Shown here: positions 36,501 to 48,400 of the stretch, one piece after another
How the letters are laid out: every line of letters begins with the position of its first letter
Position numbering within the stretch: position 1 is the stretch's first letter
Origin: Klebsormidium nitens
Lineage: Eukaryota; Plantae; Klebsormidiophyceae
Length of the DNA: 64,000 bases
Reading direction: 5' to 3'
Assembly: GCA_000708835.1 (NCBI GenBank)
Contig: DF237022.1
Span: forward strand, 1-64,000
The notes under the pieces: model-generated
The model's input: only the letters and a program-made list of their open reading frames with translations
The model's database searches: none
What the model was told of the DNA's origin: nothing
Program-made: the position numbers and the translations under genes

Positions 36501-36845
36501 AATTTCCTCGGCTTCACCACCTTCCGGAAATGAGTTTAAGTCCTGTAAGAGTGAATCTAGTAAAGAGTAAGCCCATCGAATCCTCAATAGTGCGTTAAAT
36601 CTGAATAGAGCCACGAAAAGCTCAACGGGCTACGCGTTGGCACCCACCCTGACCGCTCCACTAATCCCACCCTTCCTAGTTGCTGTTTTATCGGGCTTAC
36701 TGTTACAAGTCGATCAGAAATCAAATTACATCTGACCGCGTGCAGATTTCGATTCACGAGCGTGCGCGACGCCTCGGCCGGCTGCCTTCAGCTCTCTGGA
36801 GTGGACCTCTTTGGAGCCGCCGCACCAGCGGGTCTGCAAAGTTGA
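27507..36845 (+). CDS. PNG1: Peptide-N4-(N-acetyl-beta-glucosaminyl)asparagine amidase (cytosolic PNGase), plant type. Exons 27507-27932, 28497-28583, 29014-29090, 30239-30494, 31057-31415, 32076-32525, 33694-33865, 34483-34543, 35416-35653, 36746-36845
   Basis: Recognised motifs: N-terminal [19 protein letters not shown]; [14 protein letters not shown]; YEDP..QDKAR; [10 protein letters not shown]|[10 protein letters not shown]; zinc CQVC; [24 protein letters not shown] (catalytic Cys); [11 protein letters not shown] (His); WLHADSCE (Asp); [12 protein letters not shown]; [17 protein letters not shown]; C-terminal [30 protein letters not shown]. All ten exons are phase-consistent. Confidence 0.93.
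30650..31085 (+). repeat. Exon-echo array before PNG1 exon 5 (acceptor at 31057; copies at about 30916, 30773 and 30659)
   Basis: GCAG|GTTTTGAACTGGACCGATCACGTCTGGAA at 30912 compares with GCAG|GTTTTGGACTGGACCGATCACGTCTGGAC at 31053. The further upstream copies are weaker. Confidence 0.8.
33130..33775 (+). repeat. Exon-echo array before PNG1 exon 7 (acceptor at 33694; copies at about 33527, 33369 and 33142)
   Basis: GCAGGTTG...GCCCAC(G/A)TTGCGCGGAATC.GCC.AT..CCGTGGACA..AT.GAGTCCCTACTGG is repeated. The upstream intron motif CTGACATTTCTC is also duplicated. Confidence 0.82.
35056..35105. repeat. Interstitial telomere-like repeat (CCCTAAAA)6, i.e. TTTTAGGG type, inside a PNG1 intron
   Basis: CCCTAAAA TCCTAAAA CCCTAAAA CCCTAAAA CCCTAAAA CCCTAAAA CC. 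Confidence 0.9.
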
Positions 36846-39065
36846 AAAAGCCACGGTTCTGTCTGGGAGTGTCTTGGAAGTGCGCCGTAGATTGCGCCTC
36901 ACCACAGGAGCTTTGCTAGCGCGCGAAGGAAAAAAACATTTAATCACAGGGTGACCTCAAACGCTGAGATTGGGAAGGACCATTGAAACAGGACGGGTTG
37001 TCATAGAAAAGCTTGACTCCCAACCATTTGTACGGTTTGCGCTTCGTATCCTCAACCCCAATACCTGGAATCACTTCAAGTATTCAGGTGTCGTTGTAAT
37101 GCTCAGCTTGGCAATGAAACGAGGCGAAACTTTCGGCCCTGCATCACCTTTCCGCACTCCCCTAGATCTATCAAATGTATGTTCCGCCTGGGATTTGCAA
37201 GTGCACGTCAGTCTAGAACGGAAGTGCGCAGTGGAAAATTCCCAGTTTTGAACGTAATCAGACAGCCATTGAGGTTGCTGACTCTAACCCTCAGAGTCCA
37301 CCTGGCGCTTTCCAATCACCCCCCCCTAGCTGGGCCTATGCAACTCCATCCGCCTCAAGCTGGTAAGCTTGAATCCAGCTTTTGATAAGAGTGAAGTTGA
37401 GCGATTTGACAAGCTTGCATAGGGTGAAACCAAGGTTGACTGCCCCTTTCCTGACAATCTTCAACTTTGGCAAAGTTCGACTGGACTACGGTAAAGGCCA
37501 CCTGCACTAAGCTAACTACCCGGGGGAGGGGTCAAGTTAAGTTGCAGGTTAGGGTGGTACAGGTCAGGAAGGAGCGCGTAAACATCTTGTTAGGAGGTTC
37601 TTTAGAGACGTTTTGGGCAACCCTGCAGTTTGATTGGCTAATTGGCACCGTCTGTACTCTCTTACTCCTCTATGTTTTCTCGCGTAATTTGAGTGTCAAT
37701 AATAATGTAACTTCGCAGACTGCGCCGCTGCCCGGGTGGTTTCAGCAGTTGACTGGTGCAGTCTAGTGCAGCATCCGAGAAGCCCCCGGGTCGGTGGGCA
37801 CCCGGTGCTTGCAGGGTCTGCGGTTAAGTTCATTTTGCCGGACAGCTTGCCCGGTTGGTGGTCCGGCTGGTAACACTGCCTGTCACAAGGGGAAGTTCCC
37901 CGGTGTGAAGTCTTCTTTCAGGCTCCTGGTGTTGCAAATACCTAGTGCGGACCCCCTTAACCGGATCTCGCGGAGGCTACCGGGGCCTTATCTTCCGGGC
38001 ATCTCGGGAAGTATCATAAATTGCTATTGGTCTCAATCCGCCCGGCGCAAGCTTACCCGGCTGTGCTGCTACAGCCTATAGCCTCCTCGCTTCTAGTTTA
38101 GGGCTGTTGGTTTAGGTGCCCGAGTGCCGTGAATCAATGTAAGGTGCTCAAATGTTGAAAGCTCAAAAGTTGTACTTGACAGTTGGCACTGGCCAGTATA
38201 ACAAAGGCCCCAAAAGTGACCTCACTCAGTCGTGACCGCCAGTGGAAAGCTCGTGGCTGGCACATGCTGTCTAGCTTCTGTCTTCCTCCTCGTCGTGAGA
38301 AACCTGCTGGCGCGCCGCCATCACGTGTGTTCGGCACACGCTTTCGACGCGGAGTGGATAAGTATTTTTAGGGTTAGCATTTGCTTTTGGCTGTTACCGA
38401 CCTGGGTTGGCGTTGTTTCTGTCCTGGTTTAGCCATTAGGGTTCTATATCTGCCGCAGATTTACGGTAAGTCACCTGCCGTGCAACGAAACCGGCTTGTG
38501 TGTTTACCGAGTCTTGTTAACCGGCTAGTTAACAGGTTTGCAAATTGCGAACGTCGAACACACGTGCTGGTGTGGCCATGATTGTGTCGACAGTAAATGC
38601 TGACACTAATGTTGACACAAGATTTCAATGCGGCAATTATTACGACACGCTAATCCGGCTTGGGATTCTGTTCAGAAGCCTAAAGCGGCCAGCCTACGGT
38701 ACTGTGAGGCTACAGGGACAGGCCAACAGTTTCTACCACTGTGCAAGCTCTGTCTACGTCACAATCCTGAATGAGCTCTTCCGGCCTCGATCACTACCTA
38801 CTGAAGCTCAAAGCCCATTAGCTGGCATCCCACTCCATCGTTCTTAGGTACCTTTGAACAGCGCTGTAGACCGCTAGACTGAGCAAGCAGTTACAATCCG
38901 CTTCCTCGGATTTCGGCCTAGCAGATAAAGCCTGTTCTTCAAGCCATCACATCATTCTTCTGGATTTCAAGAGAAGCACGCTTGCATTCTAGGATTAGCG
39001 CCATCTTTCCTTCACACCACCACCACTCATAAGCCCGCGCAAGCGCAAAGCAGAGTCTGTCAAAC

Positions 39066-42000
39066 ATGGGGAGCGTTTCGAGGAACTGCATAGCGGTGCT
39101 ACTGTTTGCCGCCGCGCTTCTGGGGGTGGCCTTGGCGCAGACAGCTGGCGGTAAGTCTGCGAACTTGGGCTCCAAAGGCTTAAAGGATCTGCTTCTAAAG
39201 TGGTGTTTCACAAATGTCGTTGCGCCACAAGCTCGGAGTGTGATATACTGCAATGCTTGTTCTTTCCTGAAGCGGCAAGATAGGGTTGCGCTTGTACAAT
39301 ATGCATTCAAGAAACGTTCTAGTGGTGGGCTCTCGCCCTTAAGTCAAAAGTCTAATGGCTCTTGAATGCTTGTGTCTGGGAAATTTGTTGTAAAATGGTG
39401 ACCTGAAGCTAGCCACTTCTCATGCCGCCAGCTGTTGCTTCTTGGATTCCTCCTTCCGCCAAGTCTGCTCTCCCATTCCCCACTCATTTTGAAACCCGAT
39501 GTCCACACGAAAGGGTTTTTGAATTCTGGACCCCCTCCTAGAGTTTGCCCTGAAGTCTACCCCCCCCTTGCAGAGCAAAGATGGTGTACCACATCCACTG
39601 GCGAGACCGCTTTCTGCCGCACCCTCATGGCGGAATTCCAAGCAAACGACCCTGCCGGCAACACGTGGTCTTGGTGAGGCACCGCGCTGTTTGAGCAAGT
39701 GTGTCTTTCAGGGTCTATTTGAACTCATCAAGTTCGAGTCTGGAGTGTGCTGTGCTTTCTTTGTTAGGGGTCTGCAGATATGAGCTCAGGGGTCGCAATG
39801 CGCAGGTCTCGAGCAACCTTGGTCAATTTCGTTCTGTAAAGTCCAGTCACCCCGGTAACAGTCAAGTTATTGAACCATCAGTCCTTCTTCCTCTGTATCT
39901 GCTCTTCTTGCTCCCTCCCTTTCTGCTACCCCCAGAAGGAGGAACGTGGCTCATTGTATTCCTTCTTACTCATCGCCTTTGACACTTCGCAGAGTAGATT
40001 GTTTGACAGTCTCACCCATGTCGCCTTCTTCACTTGCACGAGTAAGTAGAGAAAGAACCACCATCACCTCTTGCGAGTCAGGGTGCCGTCGCGTAAACCA
40101 GTCCCACTCTTCCACATTCTAATTGTCTTTTTGCTGACCTGCCTCAACTTCTTCTCCGTACCCACTTCTGGGATGATCTTGTAACAGCTCCTACCAGCAT
40201 CAGAGAGCTCTTCTTCCTTCTCCACTGCTGTAGAGAAGGTTAGGTTCCACTTACTTTTTCTGGTTAAGCCTGACACAGTCCTGAGCTCCTGACCCACACT
40301 TTAACCACCCCTAGCTAACTTGCCAAGCTCCTAACCAACTTTGCTAACCCCTTACAGAATCCTGACCAACACTAACCAACTCCTAACCAACATTAACCCA
40401 CTCCTATTCAATGCGTAACCACCGCCTGACCAACTCTAAGCACTCCTGACCAACTCTTAACCGACCCCTAAACTCAACCTAACTCACTTCGCCTGCTTTT
40501 CCTGCAGCGTCCAGAAAGCGAATGCCGCTGGCTGCGCCACCGCCATCCAGAACCGTGAGGTCGACTATTACATCATGTCGCCCGGCACCCTTTACACCGC
40601 CATTCCGACCGGTGTTAAAGTGGTCGCTTTCGAGGAGTATCCCGTGGGGGCTGCCGCTTATTACGCAGTCGCTATCGTCAGGAAGGAGGACTGCGACAGG
40701 AACCCCGCCCTCACCGTTAGAGACTACAGAGGTGAGCTTCTGCCCTGTTTTCCTTGACACTCCTTTGAAGGATATCGTTTCATTTACATACTTTCAGCCA
40801 TCACACTTGTGCTCTTCAAAGTCGACCCAGCTCTCAATGCACAAGTAGTCTGTACCCCACTTTCAAACCCTTCCATTAGTAGGCCTCTGCTTTGAGTCGC
40901 TTTCTCCAATCCAACCTGCCTTTCGTTGGCTCGTAGTTGACTGCCAGCCGTTTGCTAAGTAGGAACAACACTCGTAAGATTCTGAAGCAAGTAATGCAAG
41001 CAGTTCTGTCATTTACAGTTGTGTTCCTCTGTGTGAAAGTGTCTGCTTTGGTGTTTGAAACCCTCTCTGGCCTTCACATACATCGCTTTTACAGGAGTCT
41101 CGTAATCCTGAAGGAGCTTCTTGTTCTTGCTAAAGGTGCCTTAATCTGAAGTATCTTCTCGTTTCTCGCTAGTCACACGGGATTGTCTGATCAGATGTCT
41201 GTTCAAACGTTGTTGCCAGATCAGCCTCCTGTTTCGCTTCTTCTTACACTCAAGATTTCTCAGGATTTTGCAAACTCTGCTTCTGTCATCTGATCAGATG
41301 GAAGTGTTCCGCCAACCCGAGTCCATTACCCCAGCTACTGCACCGGCCATCCACGCACACCCCGAAACCGTTTTCCTTCATCCGCCCGCTCGTGAATCCT
41401 TCACCCCTAACCCGCTCCTTAACCCGTTTCTTTTCCCCCCAGGCAAGGCCTCCTGCCACACCGGCTACGGCCGCACCGCCGGCTGGAACATGCCCGTCGG
41501 AAACCTGATCAGCTCCGGGGTTATCCCCGCGGTTAACCGCGACCCGACCCTCAAGAACGACATCGAGTCCGTGACCAACTTCTTCGGCAAGACGTGCGCG
41601 GGTGGCGCAGAGGGATCCCCCCGGATCTGCACTCTTTGCCCCGGCGCGGCTTGCGCGGGCAGCAACTCGAGCAACTACTGGGACTACGAGGGCGTGCTTT
41701 ACTGCGTGGAGAAGGGTGGAGGTGACATCGGATTCACGAAGCACGACGTTCTGGGCGATTATGCGGCGGGACAGCCGAAGGCGAAGGCATGGGCGGAGAG
41801 GCCGGTCGGTAATTTCAGGTGAGGGGGCCGCTTCTTTAGCCCCTAAATCCTAACCCAAAAACCTCTTGAACCTAAAACCCAACGCGTGGGCCGAAACGCC
41901 GGTTGGGCACTTAAGTGAGCGTGTTATAAGGTTTTGCGGTGCAGTTGAAGACGCCTCTTTTTTTTTGGGTGTTGTTCGAACTCGATGTCAACGGTTTTGT

Positions 42001-43580
42001 AATAAGCGAAGGCCTTACGCTTAGTAGCCGATCCTTGGTCTTCTGATTCGACTTGATTTCTGATCCGATCCTTGCTCCCTTTATCGGTCCCTATGTCTGG
42101 TCGGATTCTGACATCCGCAAATATTTGGGCTCTTTCTTTCCGGACGTGTATGGCCCCAATCACACAAACTGATCGGGCACTTGAGTTGTGATCTGGTCAA
42201 GCAAACCTATCTTCACCAAGCTGCTCTAAAAGGCTTTCCTCCGTGTTACCCCCCCATAAAAATATTAACGTTTTTACCCCCCTGCGCAGGATCCTATGCC
42301 CCAACGGAGGCTGCACCACCTTCAACGACTATGCGCGCTGCAACTCCGTGACTGTCCCGTCGCGCGCGATTGTGACGTATGCTGAGGCGACCCCCGCCGC
42401 CATCGCCAATTTGCAGACGACGATTGCCGCTCTCAACAGCGATCCCGAGGTGAGAAAGCACGCATGCGTTGGGGAAACTATCACCCCAGCTGAAAATCTT
42501 TTTGACAGCACCACGATCAAAGTCTTCTTTCTCCCGCTGATCTGACGCCAGTTCTCGCGCTTTCAGCGGAGCCTGTTTCCACAAGGACCGAATTGATCTG
42601 CTCTCTTTCAGTCAGAGCACAAGAATCGCTTTTCCTCAGGAACTTAGACTTCGTCTCGGTCTTCTGCTTCCTACACAATCCGCCTTAGGAGTTCAAATTG
42701 TCACGATCAGATCAGTTCTTGGGAATCCAAAAGCTGCATAGCCCTCCCGTTTTCTCTGTTTCACCAGGTAAGCTTGAATCCGTCTCAACTTTCTCGTCTC
42801 ACTTCAATCCGCACTTGAAGTTCGATTCTCCAGACCATCCTTACTACTCTTTTTTATGACTTGAAAAGCTAAAGTTCCGTTCCGTTTCCGCCCCCAGTTC
42901 GTCGACGCCGTGTACCGCGGGAAGAACACCCAGGGGTACGTCTTCCAGTCGGATGCGATCCGTCTGGTCGGGTACAACGGAACGGCGCAGGCTTATATGG
43001 GCAAAGCGTATGGCGCATACCAGAGCATGGACGCTGTCGAGGCCAACACGCCGCTCACTGCGGGGGCGTTCTCTGGTGAGCCAAGCCTCTGTTTTTCTCA
43101 AGCCGTAAAAGATTTTTCGGTGTGGAGAGTCCTCGCTTGAATTCTAGGCGCTCGCTCCACAAGGTGCTAATTGTTGAGTTTACAATTCCTGATCAGTAGC
43201 TTTTAGTATAGCGATTGACACGCGTCGCTTGTAGCCTGACTGCGCACGAGGCTAATCCACGGGGAGAAACCTCCGGTGAGGTCTCAAGTTTCCGGCTCTT
43301 GACATGGAACACATGTATCAGGGTTTATAGATGGGTGTCCGAAGGGGGCCAGAAGTTGCACAGACCTTTTGTGCTGCTCGATCTTCTTCAGAACTCACTC
43401 TTGTGACACCCATTCTTTGTTAGCAGTTTCCTCCGTAAGCCGTCATTCCAAGGTCGAATATAATGTTAACCAGTGTCAACTTCTATCCTTCCGTGTCTGA
43501 CGTACGTTCGCTTTGCAGTGCAATCCAACGTCGCCATCGTGGTGGCATCCGTTGTCCTCGCCGCTGTTGCGATGATCTAG
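39066..43580 (+). CDS. Single-lobed transferrin-like protein (about 394 aa) with signal peptide and hydrophobic C-terminus (probable GPI anchor). Exons 39066-39150, 39574-39673, 40508-40731, 41443-41818, 42290-42449, 42898-43075, 43519-43580
   Basis: Recognised motifs: RWCTTSTGETAFC..WSC|VQKANAAGCATAI; YYAVAIVRK; GKASCHTGYGRTAGWNMPVG; FFGKTCAGG..CTLC; YWDYEGVLYCVEKGGGDIGFTKH; ILCPNG..CNSVTVPSRAIV; C-terminal VAIVVASVVLAAVAMI*. All junctions are phase-consistent. Confidence 0.9.
40300..40485 (+). repeat. CTAACC/CTGACC-rich low-complexity intronic tract upstream of the 40508 acceptor
   Basis: Roughly ten CTAAC/CTGAC/TTAAC motifs, e.g. CTAACCAACT..CTAACCCC..CTGACCAACACTAACCAACTCCTAACCAAC. Confidence 0.7.
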
Positions 43581-45424
43581 GTCGTTATTCTGGTTCCGTT
43601 CCGGTTCCGGTTCCGGTCGGATGAAAAGAATGTTGTGGGTTATATCGAAGGATAGGGTCGATGACCACGATCACATCTGCACATTCAAACGAGGGTCGAG
43701 TCGAGTGCAGAAGTGATCAACGGAAGATGTCGAAACAGGAATGGCTTGGCTCCGTTCTGGGAACGTCATTATTGCGGGCAGTTGGGTAGAGCCATGATAA
43801 GGGAATTGAGTCGTAGGTGGATTTTTGTAGCGCATTAAGATAATATTTACTCTAGCGGTTACCATAAGAAGCGTTGAGTACCTCCTAGAATTGCGTCCAG
43901 AACTCGTTATTTAGTCCCAAGTCGGCGGCACAATCTTCAATTTTTTGCCTGCAAATGTACAAGTCGCGCTTCCTCTAGAAGTACGTCTGTCGAAGTCTGT
44001 TTGACCATGTAATCATTGAACTGCAACTTGCATGATACATGGCTGTTGCTGTTGCTTGTCACGAGTCAAGTTAGAGCGAATGTTACAGCCATACATGTAG
44101 CTGCATGCCGCCTGCTTCACCGGGCGGGACCGCGTGTACCTGACTAAGTATACCGCCGCGGCGTCTAATCCTTTTGCCTTCATTGACGACTTGTCTGCCG
44201 CACTCAGGCCGTAGCTGAGCAATGAAAGGCAGATTAATCATTCAATCGAGAGTCACTCCAATGAAGAAATAGAACCTGATTCGCATGTGATTTGCGACAA
44301 CGGCCCTCTGCCCACACGACTCGGCGCCCTTCAATGCGGTCCACCGTCATGCAATATATTGCACGCAGATTGTTCAGCCGGTTTCGGCCGCGTGCACATC
44401 GCGGATAAATCAGTCTACTTCTCACAGGTTCAATGGACGCTATCGAGCTAGGTTGTACGCTGGATGATGCACGCACGTGACGGCAGGAGGGCAGTTTGGA
44501 ATGCTGTCTTGCCATTTTTGAGGAACTGTCGCATGCACGCATACATGCCACAACGAGTTCCATGCCACAGCGTCGAGAGGCATGCATGCACAGACGCGTC
44601 CCGAGTCCGATGCAACATTCACTAGAAACAATTAGACTGCAGGCTTGCTTGAGCATGAGAGTGCACACAGTGACTTCTGATACTCGAAAGTAGCATGCTA
44701 CCGAGCGCCCGTTGCACGAAACTTTTTGCGGCCGGCAGTATGGCCCATTGTCAGAACGGCGTTTTCACGGCTAACTTAAGCTTTTTGGGGACGACTTTCA
44801 CCCTCCTAGGCTACATAGGAGTCAAATTTGTTCTCTCGGTATGCACGTGCCGGTGAAAAGTGGCCACCTTTCCCTCTTCTAACTTAAATTGGCCAGAAAC
44901 TACATGAAACAATTATGAATCTAGCTCTCCTCACGCGTGTCAAAAGGCGAATCCGTGCATGTCCGGGTGTTTGGTTGACACTACTGCGAACGACGACTTG
45001 TCAGAGCGTGCCGTAATGTTAAGCGACGACTCGTAGGGATCCATAATCGGGTCAGGTTAGTCTTCGATCCTCTGCTTGAACGCCTCGACCTAGTACCTGA
45101 TGACTCCTAAACGTTAAAGTTAACTCGAACCAGAAAAGAACCGCCTGTTGCTGGCTAGGGGGCCCTCGTAGAAAATAGTTGCCTGATTGGAACGTACAAG
45201 CACAACAGGGTCGACAAACTCCTGTACTGCGTGTGCGTTCAAAGAGGGCGTATACTAGGACCCGTAACGCCTCAGCGACCACATACCGCGTAGATTGTGT
45301 CGGTAGGTCGCTCCAATCAAAACTTGCGAGACAATGTGATCCGTCCGATGATACTTCCCCTCAGGACTCAGATGCCACTAGTGAGCTTTGAAATCAGACG
45401 CCTCTTTTATATAAGCCTCACCAA

Positions 45425-48400
45425 CTAAATCCCGAACCCGGGGGGCACATAGCCGTTGGTCTTGCAGCGGGGGAACGAGTTGTCTGGTGGGTTGAACCCG
45501 TTGCATCCGTCGTTATCGCAGCACACGTAGCGGCCCTGGGGGTCGTTGTTGAACCAGCAGCGCAGCGGGAAATTTGTGGCACCACCCGTTCCGCAGACGC
45601 CTGTAGAGATAACCATAAACTTTCATGGTAACAAGGATCTAATAGTAATAACAAAGAGGAATTTCCTGGTTATCAACACTAAAACCCTAAGCACTAATTG
45701 ACTCGCTCCGCACACGAACCCACCCTAACCCGTCCTTATTTACGATTAGACCTTGTTACCATTAAAATTCACTTTTATCTGTAGAGGGTACGAGAACACG
45801 CGGCTGACGCAGTGAATCGAGACCCGGTTTTCAGTACACATTTCAGTATGGGCAGGGAGGATGTAATCCCGCACCAGTCCAGAAAAGGGGACTTTTCAGA
45901 CAAAACTGTTCTTATGATTTGGAGTACATTTTTAGAGCGCATATGGTCTCTGAAGAGGGGACTTTTCAGACGGCAGCGTTCGTATAGTCCCCTTAAAGAC
46001 CGTACTTAATATGGGTCCTGATTTAGTGTGAGAAATCAGAGCACTATGCATCCGGGTTTTTTCTTACGGACTCGTCTCTTAGCACATTGCAACGCTGCAA
46101 CCAGACACGCACTTTTTCCATAAGCGATGGAACCCTGTCCTCGGCCAAGAACGATCACAAGCGAGTCTGAGAAGGCGGAGAAGACGCCAGAATGGCGTTC
46201 ACACGGTGGCGTTCACACGCAAATGAGGTATCAAAGCTCCTTGATTGCAGACTAACCTATGGATGCCACAGGCTTTACTGCGCCCTCTTTTCAACAAAGG
46301 AAAGGAGGACGCTGGTCAGAACTCTGCTCATTCCGAAGTGCTGTTACAACAGGTTTCGAATTTGGTATTGTTTGGCCATCAGCATCCGATGCCTGGTCTT
46401 CAGAGACCAATAAATATTCTTTGACTTGCCCAGATTCTTGAATGTACAGTACATTCCAATTTCAAATTTACACATCATTTCGCCCCGTAAGAGAATAAAT
46501 TAAACTAGTAAATGAATCTGCCCAAATTCCATAGCGCACGAATTTGAATGTTTGGCAAAGGCCTGCCCAACCGGACAATCGGTACGGTAAAACGTTCAGC
46601 AACATGACCAGCGACGGCTCAAATTGTGTCTTCAGATTCGAGGTACCACCCTTCAAACGTCAACCTGACTAAAGGTGAGATGGTCTTAGGCTGTGACTTA
46701 GAGCTTGTGGCAGCGGCTCGTCAGCTGATTGTCGCATCGAGATTGTAAAGGAGAGAAAAGAAAGGCATGTACGGATCTGACATCGTTAAGGCGATGCTTA
46801 GGGGACTCTTAGCTCAGTCTGGTGGTAACTTTGGTGTAGATGTGCAGCGCATCCGGTTGTGGTTAGAGGTTTCGTCAAGCCTTTGCACCCAGAGATTTTT
46901 CAAGGGTGATAGATCCTCACACTCGTCAAAGCTTACGAATATTCAAGACCGCTTGAGTTCTTTCACGGAGAAGGCACGTGGTGCTTCCTACTATACTAGC
47001 CAAGTGCGCTGTGACAAAGGCCCAAAGTCAATCGAGAAGAAACGCCCGGTGCTTTCACTGGGACTACGAGTTTTCGAAAGTACAAATGACGCTTCCGGAC
47101 CTTCGAAGCGTGCTTGAGGGGTAGGACTGCTCGCACCGAAGTCGATCCTCCGAACACTGAACACGTGGCTTAACACGTCTCTTACCCTGGGAGCCGCTAG
47201 GGGGAGTGCTCGGGGGGGAGGGTCCAGCCAGCCCGTTGTTGGGCGGGACGTAGCCGTTGTTCTTGCAGCGCGGCGTCAGGTTGTCGGCGTTGAATCCGTC
47301 GCAGCCCTGCCCGTCGCAGCACACATACCGGCCCTGGGGGTCGTTGTTGAAGTAGCACCGCGTGGGGAAGTCAGATGCCGCACCGCCGCCGCAAACGCCT
47401 GAGGGAGTGGAAAGGTTGTAGGGTTTCAGGGTAAAAAAATGAAACCCTAAAAGAAAAACCGTAAAAAGTAAAAAACTCCAAAAAGTGAACTGAATTGGCC
47501 GTTGTGGAGAGAGTTAAGGTGACTCGAGCGAAAGAGGCGTCAACTGAAGAAGGAAACTGTGTTTAGAGAGGCATCAAACGCCGGATCGCTTTCCTAAGGA
47601 CAGATCCATGCCGCATGCATTCGCGGGACATAGTCAAATCACTTGCTACCTACTTGATAGGGCTCGAAACTTCAGAGCTCTTTCGTAACATAAACGCATA
47701 CTGCAGGTCCTTAGTCACTGCAGCTCCTGACCGCGGCATTAAAAAGCTGTCTCATCACAAACGCTAGAGTTAAGTCAACCTCTGTTAATCACTCAAGCGT
47801 GCCGAAAGCATTCGGCCGAAGACGGCACTGAGGCGAGACCACACCCCGGAAGAGACTGGTCGGTAGATGCACGTACCCTGGCTTCCGCTCGGGGGAGTGC
47901 TCGGGGGAGTGCTCGGGGGAGACGGCCCGGGCAGTCCGTTGTTGGGCGGCACGAAGCCATTGTTTTTGCAGCGCGGCGTCAGGTTGTCGGCGTTGAACCC
48001 GTCGCATCCGAAGTTGTCGCAGCACACGTAGCGGCCCTGGGGGTCGCTGTTGAAGAAGCACCGCGTCCGGTACGCGAAGGCGGCGCCGCTCCCGCAGACA
48101 CCTGTAAAGAAGGAAATCAGAGATCAGCTGAGAGCCAGACGTTTCATTTTTGAGCGAAGGTTCGAAAGGGGCTTGCGCGCCAGAAGGGCGAAAAGGTACG
48201 CACCGGTTCTTGTCGCCTAAGCATCAAGCTGACAGCAGGACAGAACGGCACGTTTTGATGTTGACGTCTTGGTCACGCCCAAGACTTTGAAAAGCCAGAG
48301 GAAGATTGTCGCGTCAGGGGAGGGTTGCGGACCGCCAATAGCAAAAGCAGAGTAGGTGATGAGGCGAGGACTCATTTGCTCAAGTGGATGCTAAAGAAGA

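Noticed and set aside
45886-45971. 16-bp direct repeat AGGGGACTTTTCAGAC x2 (70 bp apart) in an intron
   Set aside because: No TIRs, TSD or coding remnant could be found, so it is insufficient to call an element.
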